Part shown: positions 13,301-25,599 of the stretch, piece after piece | How the letters are laid out: each line of letters starts with the position of its first letter | Numbering within the stretch: position 1 is the stretch's first letter | DNA from: Callorhinchus milii | Lineage: Eukaryota | Length of the DNA: 64,000 bases | Reading direction: 5' to 3' | Assembly: GCF_018977255.1 (NCBI RefSeq) | Contig: NW_024704742.1 | Span: 129,892,001-129,956,000 of the forward strand | Notes under the pieces: model-generated | The model's input: only the letters and a program-made list of their open reading frames with translations | Database searches by the model: none | Told to the model about the DNA's origin: nothing | Translations under genes and position numbers: made by a program

Positions 13301-15609
13301 TTACAATACTGATAATAATAATCCTTGCTTTTGATATATCTATATCACCTTATCACATCTTCGAGATGTCTCAAAGCACTTCACAGAATACACTAAAAAG
13401 TGAATTGACTGTATGTTTTGTGGGCGAACCTGTGAAGAGGTTTGGGACATCTTCCTGATGTGAAAGGCGCTATACCATATGTAAGGATTATTGTTATTTA
13501 TATCTGGTTATGAATGGGATTGAATGCTGTAACAATAAATGTGTTTACTTTATAAATGAACAGCATTAGGAAAAAGATTACCTACCGCAGCCCGTGTCTT
13601 ACTTGCTCTTCAAATGTAGCTCATTGTCCACAAACAGATCTGGTTACTTGGTGCATGCACTATGCAGTTCTTAAAAGATTTTTCCTTTCCCCTGCCACCC
13701 GTCCCAACCCCATCCAACATGAAGAGATTATCATCTTCCCACATGAAGACTGACCCTTGCAAAGTACTTTATGGTTTCAGGCCTTGCTACAAGGGTGGAA
13801 ACGCTATCTGGGGAATCCAGTGAGAAGTCAGCAAAATGCAGAACACAAAAGGATTTCAGGGTTTCCGTTCTCGGGAGGTTGATTTGCTCATTTTTGCTCA
13901 CTTTCCCTTCAGAGACTGAATACACCAAGACACCATGTGACAGTGGCTTGTAGATGGTCTGTCTACTGATGGAACAATCAGGCTGAATGGAGGTGAACTG
14001 CTTTTCTTCATTCCGTACCTTTTGTACACTTTCTGCAACTCAAAAGCCCATCTGACAGCAGGTAGATTTCCTGTTATAAACGTACTTCACTTGTATTCAC
14101 CTAATGGACAGTCCTCGCCCAATTTCTCTTGATCAGACATATATCAAGACTGCTTATATGGAAAATCTAGCCCACACTTTAGAAATGTTCCTGGAAAGGC
14201 AACTACTAAAAATGAATATCCTAGTCCTACACTATACAACAGCATTTGGATTGCCTCCACATGTGATACACTGAATCTCTCTCTGATACACAGGATCATT
14301 TAAGGTTAATGTAACGGAGTGCTGTGCCACGCGGGGTGATTTCAGGTTAATGTGACAGGGCTTGGCTACATCAGGGATCATTTCAGAGTGACGTAGCCAA
14401 GATACACACCCAGGGACTCATTTGGTCCTTTTCAATTTATGGCTGCATCAGAAACCATGCCTAATCTCTGCAAGTGCATCTCCCTCATGGTGTGAAGCTC
14501 TTCACTGACCTGACCAGGAATCAGCCCACTGTAAACAGAAGAGTGGTACTGTAAACATACAGTAACAAACATCACTTGTTATTTTTAACCACTGGAGTTC
14601 CAGATTACACAGCTCTCATTTGTGGGTGAGCTCCAACTCCCATGGAGAGAAACCATCAAGGACTCAGCACTTTATACGCGAATAGTCACCATTCAGATTA
14701 AGCTGCATCTCTGGCCTTTCTCCCGGATTACTCCAATTGATGTGCAGTGACATGTTTACAATGATTAATTGCCACTATCATGGTTAAAAAAACAATCTAT
14801 ATAACATATTTTCCTCAGGTAGCGTCTCAGAACACATAACAGCTGTTCAGTGTCAGTCAAACAGATGTGATCCCAGGAGGTCAATATAGTGCAGTGATCA
14901 AACTGGTGTGTTGCATCCATCACAAAATAAATATGCAACAGATACTAATGCAACTGGGTACTGAACTATAATCTCTGGGCACATGTTTGAAATACGATTT
15001 GATAGTGGACTGCTCTCTAAATTAATAGGGGCTCTCACACACTTAACTGCCAATTCTAAAATTATGTGGGTTTGAAGATTTCAAATTTGAACCCACTTTC
15101 TGAATAGAATTTTTTTTAAAAAGATACCCACGGCACGTACTAGCAAGGAGTTACTTAAATGAAACTTAAAACACAGCCAAACATTTGAGTAGATGCGGAC
15201 AAGTTTGGATGAGAAATGCACAAATAACATGATGGTGACAAAATATGTGATGGATGAAAAGTACAGCACAACAATTTGAAATAAAGTTCAAAGGCATCTC
15301 CAGTCTTTAAAAACCGCAGGCGTTTTGAATGTGGATAGAGCATCAGAATCTCATTTAAACCCAACTTTCCATTACGTCCAGCAATTTCCTATATGGGAGC
15401 TGTATCCTAATCTCAGCCCATTAACCCAGACCAGATGTTGATTACTCTGTGTAGATACTTCCTCGTGTCAGTCTTAACACATGCATTTAACCACCTTGAA
15501 CTTGCGTTCTCTCTCCCTTCTGCGGTGTCAGTCTACACTCCAGCTTTCTCCCCTCCGCCCCTTACAAAAAAGGGCTGCGTTATTGCTGCCAACTGCACTT
15601 TGGCGAAAT

Positions 15610-15990
15610 CAATAATACTTGCATTTGATATACTGCTTTTCACATTGGGAGGATGCCTCAAAGTGCTTCAGAAGAGACTGTAAATTGTAGAGACTATTTT
15701 GTTGGCAAACGCAGCACCTAATTTGCACACAATGTCCCACAAACAGAGATGAAGTGAATAACCAATTTTAACTGGGGGATTGTTGGCCAAAACATCAGTG
15801 GAAACTGCTTTCTCTTTTAACAATAAGTGCCATGGGCTGTTTAACATCCACTAGAACACGCTGACAGGACCTCAATTTAACATCTCATCTGAAGGACGGC
15901 ACCTCCAACAGTGCAGCCCTGACATGGGGCTTGAACCCACAATCTTTTAATTCAAATAGGTGAGTGCTACCGACTGAGCCAGGCTGACGC
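15610..15990 (-). mobile_element. DeuSINE-like SINE just past the gene 3' end
   Basis: Head GTCAGCCTGGCTCAGTCGGTAGCAC, Deu-like core, (ATT)n tail. Confidence 0.75.
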
Positions 15991-16116
15991 TGATGAATTT
16001 GGTGCAAATGATGGGTGAATTGGAGATTAGGAACCATTTTAGTAGAGAAGATCTATGTAAAGGAATGTTACAGTGATTGAACAAAAATTCAAAAGAACTC
16101 CCACTCCAGATATAGT

Positions 16117-16122
16117 TTTATT
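16117..16122 (-). terminator. Candidate distal AATAAA for the exon 9d 3' UTR
   Basis: AATAAA followed on the minus strand by a U/GU-rich tract (gttcttttgaatttttgttc); SINE sequence begins soon after. Confidence 0.55.
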
Positions 16123-16405
16123 CCAAAGTTTAATAAACCGTACAAATAAAGAGCTTACATAGGTAATTGCATAGGATAAAGGGGAATTCCAAGGACATTC
16201 ATTGGAAGAAGGAACAGTGAGAAGGATAAATGGTTGTATGTTTTTTTTAAAAAAAACTCCCCAGTCTGTTCCAAAATCACACCCATGACAACTGTGCAGG
16301 TTTTCATAATTCAAAAGACTCTCATTTCGACAGGCTTCCAGATGTTACTCCCTCCAATGATAGAACTAGGCCAAGATTTCTGTTGAGAGATATCCTAGAG
16401 ACACT

Positions 16406-16411
16406 TTTATT
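16406..16411 (-). terminator. Candidate proximal AATAAA for the exon 9d 3' UTR
   Basis: tttatt on the + strand, ~755 nt past the 9d stop. Confidence 0.5.
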
Positions 16412-17165
16412 GAACACGTTATAAACTCAATACAGAATGATAGCACTGGGCCAGTCACGATACAATACACTCCCATTAAATGGTCCCACCAGGTCAGAAA
16501 AGCTGGCCTTCACCTCTTCCCTCCAAGCTTTGGATTTTGCCACCGCCAAGGTTAATTAAAAATTGAAACTGGACTAAATCTGGGAATTTTGAAGGCAAGA
16601 TGAATTGCTCATTTTCCTTTTGCACAGGTTATCTATCATCTGGTGCAAAGTCAGGCAGACTATTTCAGACATGCACTTTTGGCAGCTAGCTCTTCAAAAA
16701 TGTACAGGAAATATAAATTTTGTTTTAACCATGCAAGAGAGAGCGCGAGACAAAGAAAAAAAAGCTTGTTAGGAATGGAAGGCCACCCCCCCCCCCAAAA
16801 AAAAATTAAAAGCAAAAAAACTAAAAAGACAGAACAGAAACAGCTAACGTGTCTATGCCGTAAAAGGTCAAAAAGCCTAGCTAGTCAATGGAACAGAGAC
16901 GAGGGGAAAAAATATTCCAAACAAATAGACTTGATCCCACCCTGCAAGTTAAGGTTAGATTCCCCTCCCCCTTGGAAATTTACTTGTTTCAATACAATGA
17001 GCCTATATTAATGTGTTCTATATCCCCACCCTCCCTCCCCTCTCCCCCCAATGTGTCACACTTTGGCCGGTGGTTTGCAGTGCTTACACACAGACGCTGA
17101 AGCACCATGGGCACTTGTGGCATGTAAAGCTTTTCTGTTGGTTTTACCCCCCCGGTTTAGAATTA

Positions 17166-17248
17166 TTATAAATTGTTCAGCTCCGCCAGAGTCTGGTTAA
17201 GCATGTCATGAATGTTCAAGTTTTCTTCTTTAGCTCGGGCCAGTTTCT
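17166..17248 (-). CDS. TPM2: Exon 9d (cytoskeletal/smooth C-terminus): EKLARAKEENLNIHDMLNQTLAELNNL*
   Basis: 83 nt including TAA; acceptor ttccttgaaacaatag; AKEEN...QTL.ELNNL signature. Confidence 0.95.
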
Positions 17249-18399
17249 CTATTGTTTCAAGGAAAGAAATGGGGTGGGGGGGGGGGGGGGGGAGAGAAAA
17301 ACAAAAAGAACAAAGTCACATTTTAAACAGTCTTCTCAGCTGTTCACAAGACAAAAAACAGTAATAAGCACCATTCTGCTATACGGTTAATATACACAAA
17401 TTGCACAAAGAAATAACAGCAGGCGATTTGTTGCTAAGTAACAATTGTCCATTTACTTTGTTACCAAAGAAATTTACTTTGTTGGCAAAGAATATAAGTC
17501 AACATCTGTTACAACTATCATCATGATCGCATGGATTTGAAGACCTTTGTTTCAGCAACATTCTCCTCACAGCCGTAAAACACTTGATAGGTAATGGATA
17601 TCAAGAACCGGTACCCATTTGTAACTACTGTCCAACCCTCTCTTTCCCGGCTTAATGCACTGACCGAGACACACAAACCAGAAAAGCTTCAGCTGAATTC
17701 CCAGCCAGAGCTAACCAGCAGACTTGGTTGGATCTCCCACCTGGTGGTTGTTTCTCATATCAGTGCAGGGTGACAGTGTGGATTCAACCCAGCTCCACAG
17801 TCAGCTCACCATCCCATTACTGGTTGCCAACAGGGGACCCACATTACTCAGGTGCTTGCACTTTACTTCTGCAGGCTTTTGAGGCTATTTTTTAAAAAAA
17901 TAACACTGGGCTTTGAAATATATTTATATTTTTAAAAAATCAAAAAGCTCATTTAATAAAGATTTTGCAGTGTCAGAATTTTAGTGGAACCCTTTCTCTT
18001 TTCCAATAATTCCAAATTAATACAGAACAGAAGAACTTGTTAGCTTTTTGAGAACCACATTTAACACCCACAGAAGGTACAGAGATGATCCTGCCTCAAA
18101 ACAGTAGCTACTTTAATTTACTCCACATTTTATCTACATTTGTTTCGGTGAGAATATTCTTACTTTGGCTCAAGAGACAGAACGACAGAATGAAAAATTA
18201 TAACCCGCTGTTAAGTCGGCAACTCTTTAAATATCTGCAGATTATCTTTTTTTNAAATATTTACAAAACTAGACATGCAAAATAATGCTATGAATAGTTT
18301 CGAAAGGAAAGGAAGAAAAGTCGGAACAACATTCCTTGAAATTAAGAGCCAGGCAAGACCTGTAGAGTTGGCTCTTTGGAAAGTCCAAGGTAAAGCAAG

Positions 18400-18479
18400 T
18401 CAGTTGTTAAGTTCATTCAGGACAACCCTCAGCTCATTATTGAGCAGGCGGTTTCGGTCCACCTCCTGATGGAAGCGTC
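18400..18479 (-). CDS. TPM2: Exon 9c (brain-type C-terminus): GRFHQEVDRNRLLNNELRVVLNELNN*
   Basis: 80 nt including TGA; acceptor gtgtctatag, GACTAAC branch motif at 18531-18537 followed by a pyrimidine tract. In frame with exon 8, lies between 9a and 9d, and the RNRLL.NEL motif resembles TPM1/TPM3 9c. Confidence 0.88.
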
Positions 18480-21311
18480 CTATAGACACAGCAGCATCAG
18501 TGACAGCAGAGTGAAAGAAGAGAGAGCAGTGTTAGTCATATGTAAAAGGTCAGCTTGGAATACGCAGTACAGAAAAAGACACAGAAGGGAAAGTGCATCT
18601 CGGATGCAAAGAGCAGAATTTTAAGTGAGCGATTCTATTACAGAGAAGGTTTCAGTCTTGAATCTAACATGACTCCACACTCGAGATCGGCTGGCAGTGC
18701 AGTAGCATCTGGCCCGGTTTCTGAATCGCAAAGGGTTAAGTGCGGAGGCTTGTCTTAATGTGTGTGGTGGAGGGGGAAGTGGGGGGAGGAGGAAAGAAAG
18801 AGGATAAATAATGAAAGGAGTCAATCCAGCCAACCAATTTTAATTTAGCCAACCAACCCAGATGACAAAAGCAGACCATTCTTCTCAACGGAGGGCTGAA
18901 ATTATGTTGGTGTTTCACGTTGCAATTTTGGCAATGAACGATTAGAATGGGGTGGAGGGAGAGGAGAGAAATCCAATTGGTGGCCAACATGACTACACCA
19001 ATCAGAATTTCAGCCCACAGGTCACAGAGTCTTATCCCGCCCCTGTATTCTCATACAGAAAAACACACTCAGGACATAGACTTGCCAGATGGAAACAGCG
19101 ACATCCTCTCATGTTAATCCAACTCGCCACACTCAGAAATAGCACCTCTTTCAGCAGTACAAACCAATAGGCTAAGTAAACTGGCCATTACTAACTAAAT
19201 CACTCATTAATCTTCAACTAAACATGTTCCCAATCTACAATTGGCCTCAGTACCCTGGGATGGGAGCTGGTGGATGAACGACAATGGGTCAAGAGTTCTT
19301 GCTCCCAATCACTATCCAGCAACATATGACGGACGAAGCAAGGAATAGTCTTAAATGTGAAGCAAATGGAATATAGGAACAGGAATAGGCCATTCAGGCC
19401 ATCAAGCCTGTTTCGCCATTCTACTAGATCATCAATGCACTACACTTCCTGCAAACAGGGATCAACCATCGATGCTGCCCAGCCCAGGAACACTGAGAAC
19501 AATCTGCGCGTGGCAGCTAAAATATTTTTTAAATACAATTATGCAAACTGAGCAGGAATAGCAAGCCAAGCCACTAATTAAAGTAAGGTGAGTAACTAAA
19601 GAATAGCAAGTAATTAAAGAATAGCCAGTAAAGTATTGCAAGGAAGAACTGCCACTGAGATTTATCCCATTAAGCTTCCAGGACTTCAAAAGCACTCGTC
19701 ACAAAGTCAGGTATACCATTACAAACCTGGGCAGCTCATTGAACAAAACATGGGATTCTGTACAAGTTTCTCCCGCCCCCTCGCTACCTAGCAGTATGTT
19801 TAAGCTTTGACTATTTCCATGTGTTATAATGGGACAGCTTGTAATAGTTATAGAACACTGTTTGCTATATTACAGTAATGCTACTTTGGGCTGGAGTTTT
19901 GAAAACATGGCCTTTTTAAAGCTAGTTCTGAGATACACAATTGATAAGATTGTTCAGCTTTCAGCAACCAGGTGCCCAACACCACAAGATTGAAACAGGC
20001 CAAATATCCTACCATAACCCCGGTGCACCTGTTCCCCTTCACTTTTGAGACTGGACAATTCTGTCATGGTCAACAAACAATGGCCATAATTGGACCATAG
20101 CAGCAAATCAACCAGTGGAACCATCAAGCAAATTCTATCCAGCTAGAATTGAGATAAACCATAAATTGAAATGCTGACATAAATGTATCTTTTGTAATTA
20201 ATACGGAATGCAAAAGCATCTTCAACTCTAATGGAAAGCAAAGTAAACTTAAAAGTTGAGATTTTCATTGCAAAATAACATTCAACAATAAAATGTGTCG
20301 CAAAACCATATGAATTCAAGAAGAGCTTAAACAAAGAGAGAAAATGAGGCAAAATAAAGAGGAACTGAGTTTTATTTCATAAATGAAGATACAAGACAAA
20401 GGATGGAAACAGCAAAAAGAACAGAATGAAATTAAACTCAAACTCTACTGAAGCATAAAACATGTGGCGACTTTAAGGCAATGGTACAAGGTGCAGCATT
20501 AATGCAATAAGACCCAGCTTGCTTTAGTCAAGAAGCTGCAGAAAGTAACATAGATTTCTACCAAAGTTCATGCAGTCATTTACTATTCTGTCATGCCCCA
20601 CATTTCATTCTTTCCACTGACTAGCGTTACGTGTGGGTGTATTATCAGCCTGGCAAACTCAATGTACATCAGTGCTGATGCCTGCTGCAAGTCTTGAGGT
20701 GGAGGTTTTTTTTAAAAAAAGCCTCTTTTACCCGTTGCGTAGTAGAGGTGCTCTCCCACTTCTACAAAAAGCCCTTACAGAGGGAGGTAATTTATAATAA
20801 CCCGGATCCTCCAGTTTGTGAGGCAAACGCGCTAACCACTACGCAACGGGACTTTACGATTATTATTATTATTATTATAATAATAGACATGGGAAGTGGA
20901 GCAAGATGAATTAACCATAATGTTAGAGATTTGAATGGACTCCTGTCACAAATATACTGTTCAATTGCCGCACAACCATTAGGCGAATCAAGAATGTATG
21001 AGCACCATTTAGGTCCAATTATAATACTGCGCATTGTACCACAGCACTTTGGCCACTTTAAAATCAGCAAGGGAGAGATCAGCGAGAGAAAAGTCTATCT
21101 GGTCAGAGATCATTCTGTGTAAAGTTTCTCCAAGGCTAAGGAAAGAAAAACATACGAACAAACAAAGCTTGCAGAAGTTACTGATAAAGTTGAAGAATAA
21201 AACAAAATTGTTTTTCCTTTTTTTTAAATAAACAACTTGCATAAAATTGTTTCTTGAATCAACTGCAGCTTTGAAAGTTACAGTTTTGACTTTAATAACC
21301 ACCTTTTTCTA

Positions 21312-21317
21312 TTTATT
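21312..21317 (-). terminator. Candidate AATAAA for transcripts ending in the 9a/9b region
   Basis: tttatt on the + strand ~630 nt past the 9a stop; ATTAAA nearby at 21291-21296. Confidence 0.5.
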
Positions 21318-21943
21318 ACACATGTAAAACAATTCCTAAGTAGTGCCTTTTTGAAGCCTTATGGCACTGTGTAACTTGCTGTGAGGGGGTGGGGAAGGGA
21401 AGAAAGAGATGAAAGACAGAGAAATTACAACCTCAGATTTTATAAATATTGATACAGATCCAAGCTTTCCTTTCCCCTCCTTTTTCCAGATTTTTTTAAA
21501 AACCCAAACCATAATATTGAAGAGATTGTCCCGATCAATTTTTTTTTGCAAATTACAGAAACTTAATAATTCTGGAGATTGGGGCTAAATGGACAAACTG
21601 CTGAACTCAGGACAGTTCATTCAGCATTCAATCTTAAGAAATGAATGAACGTCAGCCATTAAGAGCTTAATTTAAACAAGTCACCGCAACCCCCATCCAA
21701 ACTCTTTGAAGCACAAAACAGCAAATTGATACACAAAAAAGGAGAGCTTAAGACCTGAAGCAGTACTCGAACCAGATTTCCTGGAATTATGACCTTTCTG
21801 CCCGATGCCATAATTGAATTGTTTAAAATGAGCAAAGATATAACTAAGGGAAATGCAGAAAGCTGAGGGGGGGGGGGGGGGATTGAGGGAGGCAAAGATG
21901 GCCCTTTAAGCACGCTGGTGAATTGTATCTTATACAGGGTGGT

Positions 21944-22026
21944 TTACATTGATGTGATATCATTGAGGGCATTGTCTAGCTCTTCACAGATTCCCTTGCA
22001 CTTCATTTTCTGAGTGTACACTTCAT
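21944..22026 (-). CDS. TPM2: Exon 9a (striated C-terminus): [27 protein letters not shown]
   Basis: 83 nt including TAA; acceptor ctccgctag; in frame with exon 8; resembles TPM2 9a [27 protein letters not shown]. Confidence 0.94.
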
Positions 22027-22028
22027 CT

Positions 22029-22321
22029 AGCGGAGGTCAAAGCCAGAGTACAGAGGTGAAGGAGCAGCAAGATAAAAGAGCGGACGGAAAGTCGAGTCCA
22101 AGGTGCAGATGGGGGGGAAAAAAAAGTCCAAATAATGTGGGAAGTCCAGAAAAGGATGGAAGACGGGAAGAAGAGTGGGAGCGTGGGATGGCGTGGTACA
22201 GATGGAAGTACGGAAGGAAAGAAAAAGAGAAAAGAAAATTAGTGAAAATAGACAGAAGTTTAAAATAAATCGCATATCAGATGACAACAACAACAACAAC
22301 AAGATTCCATTTATAAAGCGC
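22029..22321 (-). promoter_or_regulatory. AG-exclusion zone with a distant branch point (CACTAAT, 22238-22244) and long pyrimidine tract for exon 9a
   Basis: No AG on the minus strand for ~290 nt upstream of the 9a acceptor; branch consensus directly followed by ttcttttctctttttctttccttcc. Confidence 0.8.
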
Positions 22322-25010
22322 CTTTCACGTCAGGAGGACATGGTTTAAAGTCTGTTGTGACTAGTGGGCCATTGATATTTCTTAACTGTATCTGCTCTCG
22401 GGTGAACACTAGGCTACAATTGAAACACTGCTTGCCTTTGTGTTGGTAAACTGTGCTGTGCCTATTTACACTGCATTGCTAACTCCCAATGAACAAAGCA
22501 GATACCTATGCATTATTAGAACACTTAAACCCGCAAGCACTTCAAAACAGAGCAGCAAGAGAAATGGGGCCACAAGAGCCACCTATGCAGGTAATGCAAT
22601 ACATTTATGTAGTGCTTTTCACATCAATGCAACGTCTCAAAAGAGCCAAAGGCATGTAAAGGGCCAAATACTACAGCATAGCAAAATTAGGTTACTACCA
22701 GCAGAGGCAAAATATCCGCTTTTAAAGGCATGGACACAGTCTCGTTAATGTTGTTGAAAGCCTCCGTAGTAACCCAACAAAAACAAACATCATCTTAATA
22801 TACACGGCAAGCAAGTTAGCCAGGTAACCAAAATATTCTACAAAGTTAGCTTGCAGGCTGCAGGCAATCTCAAATGACAGAGACACACGAGAGGTTCTGA
22901 TGCACAGTCAAACAATTCAAGCTACAAAGGTGATCTGAAGCTTCAGTTAGTGCTGGACATGCTCCTACCCATGACTCAGGGCAAGCACTTCAAAGCAAGC
23001 ATCTCAAACACCAACATGCAACTTAACAACTTTCATCGTCTATTAAATCAACAATAGCTAGCTGCTGATTTAGGTCCAGCGCTATATCAAAATGCAAGTA
23101 TTATTATTATTATTTATTATTTGTTTCTTTAAGATAAAAGGGTAGATATTACAATATTTGGTCACCCTGTATAATACAACCCCATTATGATTCTCCCACC
23201 TCTCCAGTATAGCCTGGTGTCACCTGTTGACTAAGTGTAGTAGTTTTTCTGGTCTCTAACACTGGCTTGCTAACTTATTAGATTATTTCCACCCCCCCAC
23301 TCAGATCACTCACCTCCAACCCCTCCGGTCAACAGACATTTGAATCTCTCTCCCCCCCACAAAAGCACTGACTCATCTATAGGAACCCCCAAGCCCACAC
23401 CCAGCGCTAAGGTCATTTGTAGAATACCCCAGAAGCAATTAGCTGACTCACTGCACTGAAAGGATGGCAAACTTTCCCAGTCTTTTTGGCTCTGTTTTGC
23501 ATTGGGTGGTGAACTGAGTCAACTCAAGTGTTTATTTAAAATGCAAATTGGATTCACTTAGCTGGAAGATTCCTTTCATAAACACAATTACCTCCCAGGA
23601 TTATGCATTGCTGCTGAGCCTCGGGTCAGTTTTTCTTGGTTACTGTACTGGCCAATGAACAGTATACCCATCTAAGCAAGATTGCAAGACTCCAAATAGC
23701 AAGATAGCAACACATTTTTATAATGGTGAAATAAAATTCATAATCAAGCAAAACTATACAACCCAATGACTTAAAGCGGGATCCATGCAATCTACACTTT
23801 TTCCGCGAAATGCCATTAGGCTTTATACAAATCAAAGAGGATGTAGCTCAAAAAGCATTTATTGTCATGTTACGACAGTCTAGAAATCTGCTATAGTGCA
23901 AAGTCACAGAAGGCTTTAATCTATTTATAGTCAGTATTTATAATTCATTGTTCCAAAGTACAATGCTTCAAGTGTTTCGTTAAAAAAAAATCACTGTTTT
24001 GAAAGCTGGGTGAGGGAAGGGAAAAATTACCAGCACCTAAATATATATCACTATTTCCTTACACATTGGGCATTAATTCCCTATCATAAGCTTGGATTCA
24101 ATGCAACTTGTAATACTGTTTATCCCTGTGTCAAATTACTGAAACCTAGAGATACAGTTCTGGAATGATAAAAGCCACACCTGGCAATGTCACTGGACAT
24201 ATATTTTAGTGATTTCTCATTGCCCAGATAACATAAGCAGGAATTGTGATGAAGGCTAGGAGATAAAGTGCAGGCACACATTCCAGACTCCACTACAGTT
24301 ATTTGGGCATCAGGAAATACAAAAACAAATCTCTATATTATTCTGATGACATCAAGAGGCTTTGCACATTCCCAAAACATCAGAAGCATCCTTTGAAAGT
24401 CTGGAATATGACAATACCTTCAATTTGAAAGTACAATTCTCAAGTCGCAATGCAGACATCGTACCAGCAAACGACTAGTGAAAACTATCTTCCAGTTCAG
24501 AATATTTTCCTCCTTTTAGCATTGGGGATGCTGCTGGCGTTTTAACCAGTACAGTTCATACAGTCATTGCAAACAATGACTGGCAAGCTTCCCACTGCTT
24601 TTCCAGCTAAGACCACCCTTAAGGCTTTGGCTTGCAGGACAACAGGATCAGGGCGGGAAAAATCATCATTCCCCCTGAAAGTAATCTATCCTTACAAGTC
24701 CTGCTGATGAGTCAGGCTGGCTGGCCTATTGTCAACAGTGGCTTGGAGCAATGTAAATCTGCCTGGACTACAAGACCACCACAGAGGGGAGACTTGATTC
24801 TGACATTCCATTGCCAGATATGTCACTTTGAACCCAACTACATTCCAAAGTGACCCCGCTCACATCGCTCACCCGCCCTCCTCAAGCAACATAGTAATTC
24901 ATTAAACCTCAAACTGACCCTGCTCCTGAACCTATCAGGAAGGAATATCAGAAGCACACTCTGTAGACAAACAAGAACATCTCGGAGAACGTGTAAATAT
25001 GAAATATTAC

Positions 25011-25080
25011 CTTCCAAATCATCAATCGTCTTCTCCAGTTTCGCTACAGATCTTTCAGCAAACTCAGCTCTGGTTTCAGC
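25011..25080 (-). CDS. TPM2: Exon 8: [23 protein letters not shown]
   Basis: 70 nt (canonical); acceptor cgtttacag, donor AAG|gtaata, phase 1. Confidence 0.97.
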
Positions 25081-25536
25081 CTGTAAACGAGCAGGTCATT
25101 AAAAGGATTTATTACCTTGGATCAAATTTCATTTCACTCATTGACCAGGGAGATTTTCCCCGATTTCGCACTGCACAAATTGAGCTCAATGCTCCCTTGG
25201 TAACCACAGCCCCCAGCGAACACCTGGTCAGAACAGTCAAGCTTATAATAGGATTTTGTTTGAACTACCAGAGTCAAACATACTGAAAACATTTATGTTG
25301 TTGCAGGTGATTTCATTTTCCTTCCCCTCCCAAACATCTCGCTGTGACCCACATACTTCATTCAGTAGGCACATCAGGTGAAACTATGCTAACGAAGACT
25401 AACAATAAGAAACACCATTAAATTCAACAGGCTCGTATAATACTTGTTTTGAGTGATCTTCCAATGCTTAAACAGCCCCATCCCAGCATTAGTTCTGGGA
25501 TAAATCTTGTTAGTGCCAACAATTCCAGTCTCTCAC

Positions 25537-25599
25537 CTCTTTTAGTTTTTCTGCTAACAGCTTGATTTCTTCTTCATATTTGTCTTCTTTTACAGAGTA
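25537..25599 (-). CDS. TPM2: Exon 7: YSVKEDKYEEEIKLLAEKLKE
   Basis: 63 nt (canonical); acceptor ctcactggcag, donor GAG|gtgaga. Confidence 0.97.

Noticed and set aside
1..16000. Possible neighbouring gene (CA9 lies tail-to-tail with human TPM2)
   Set aside because: I found no recognisable exon. Short divergent exons or a UTR cannot be excluded without alignment.
18254..18254. Isolated N bases (also near 34796 and 42537)
   Set aside because: They sit at homopolymer edges and reflect assembly ambiguity; none falls in a coding exon.
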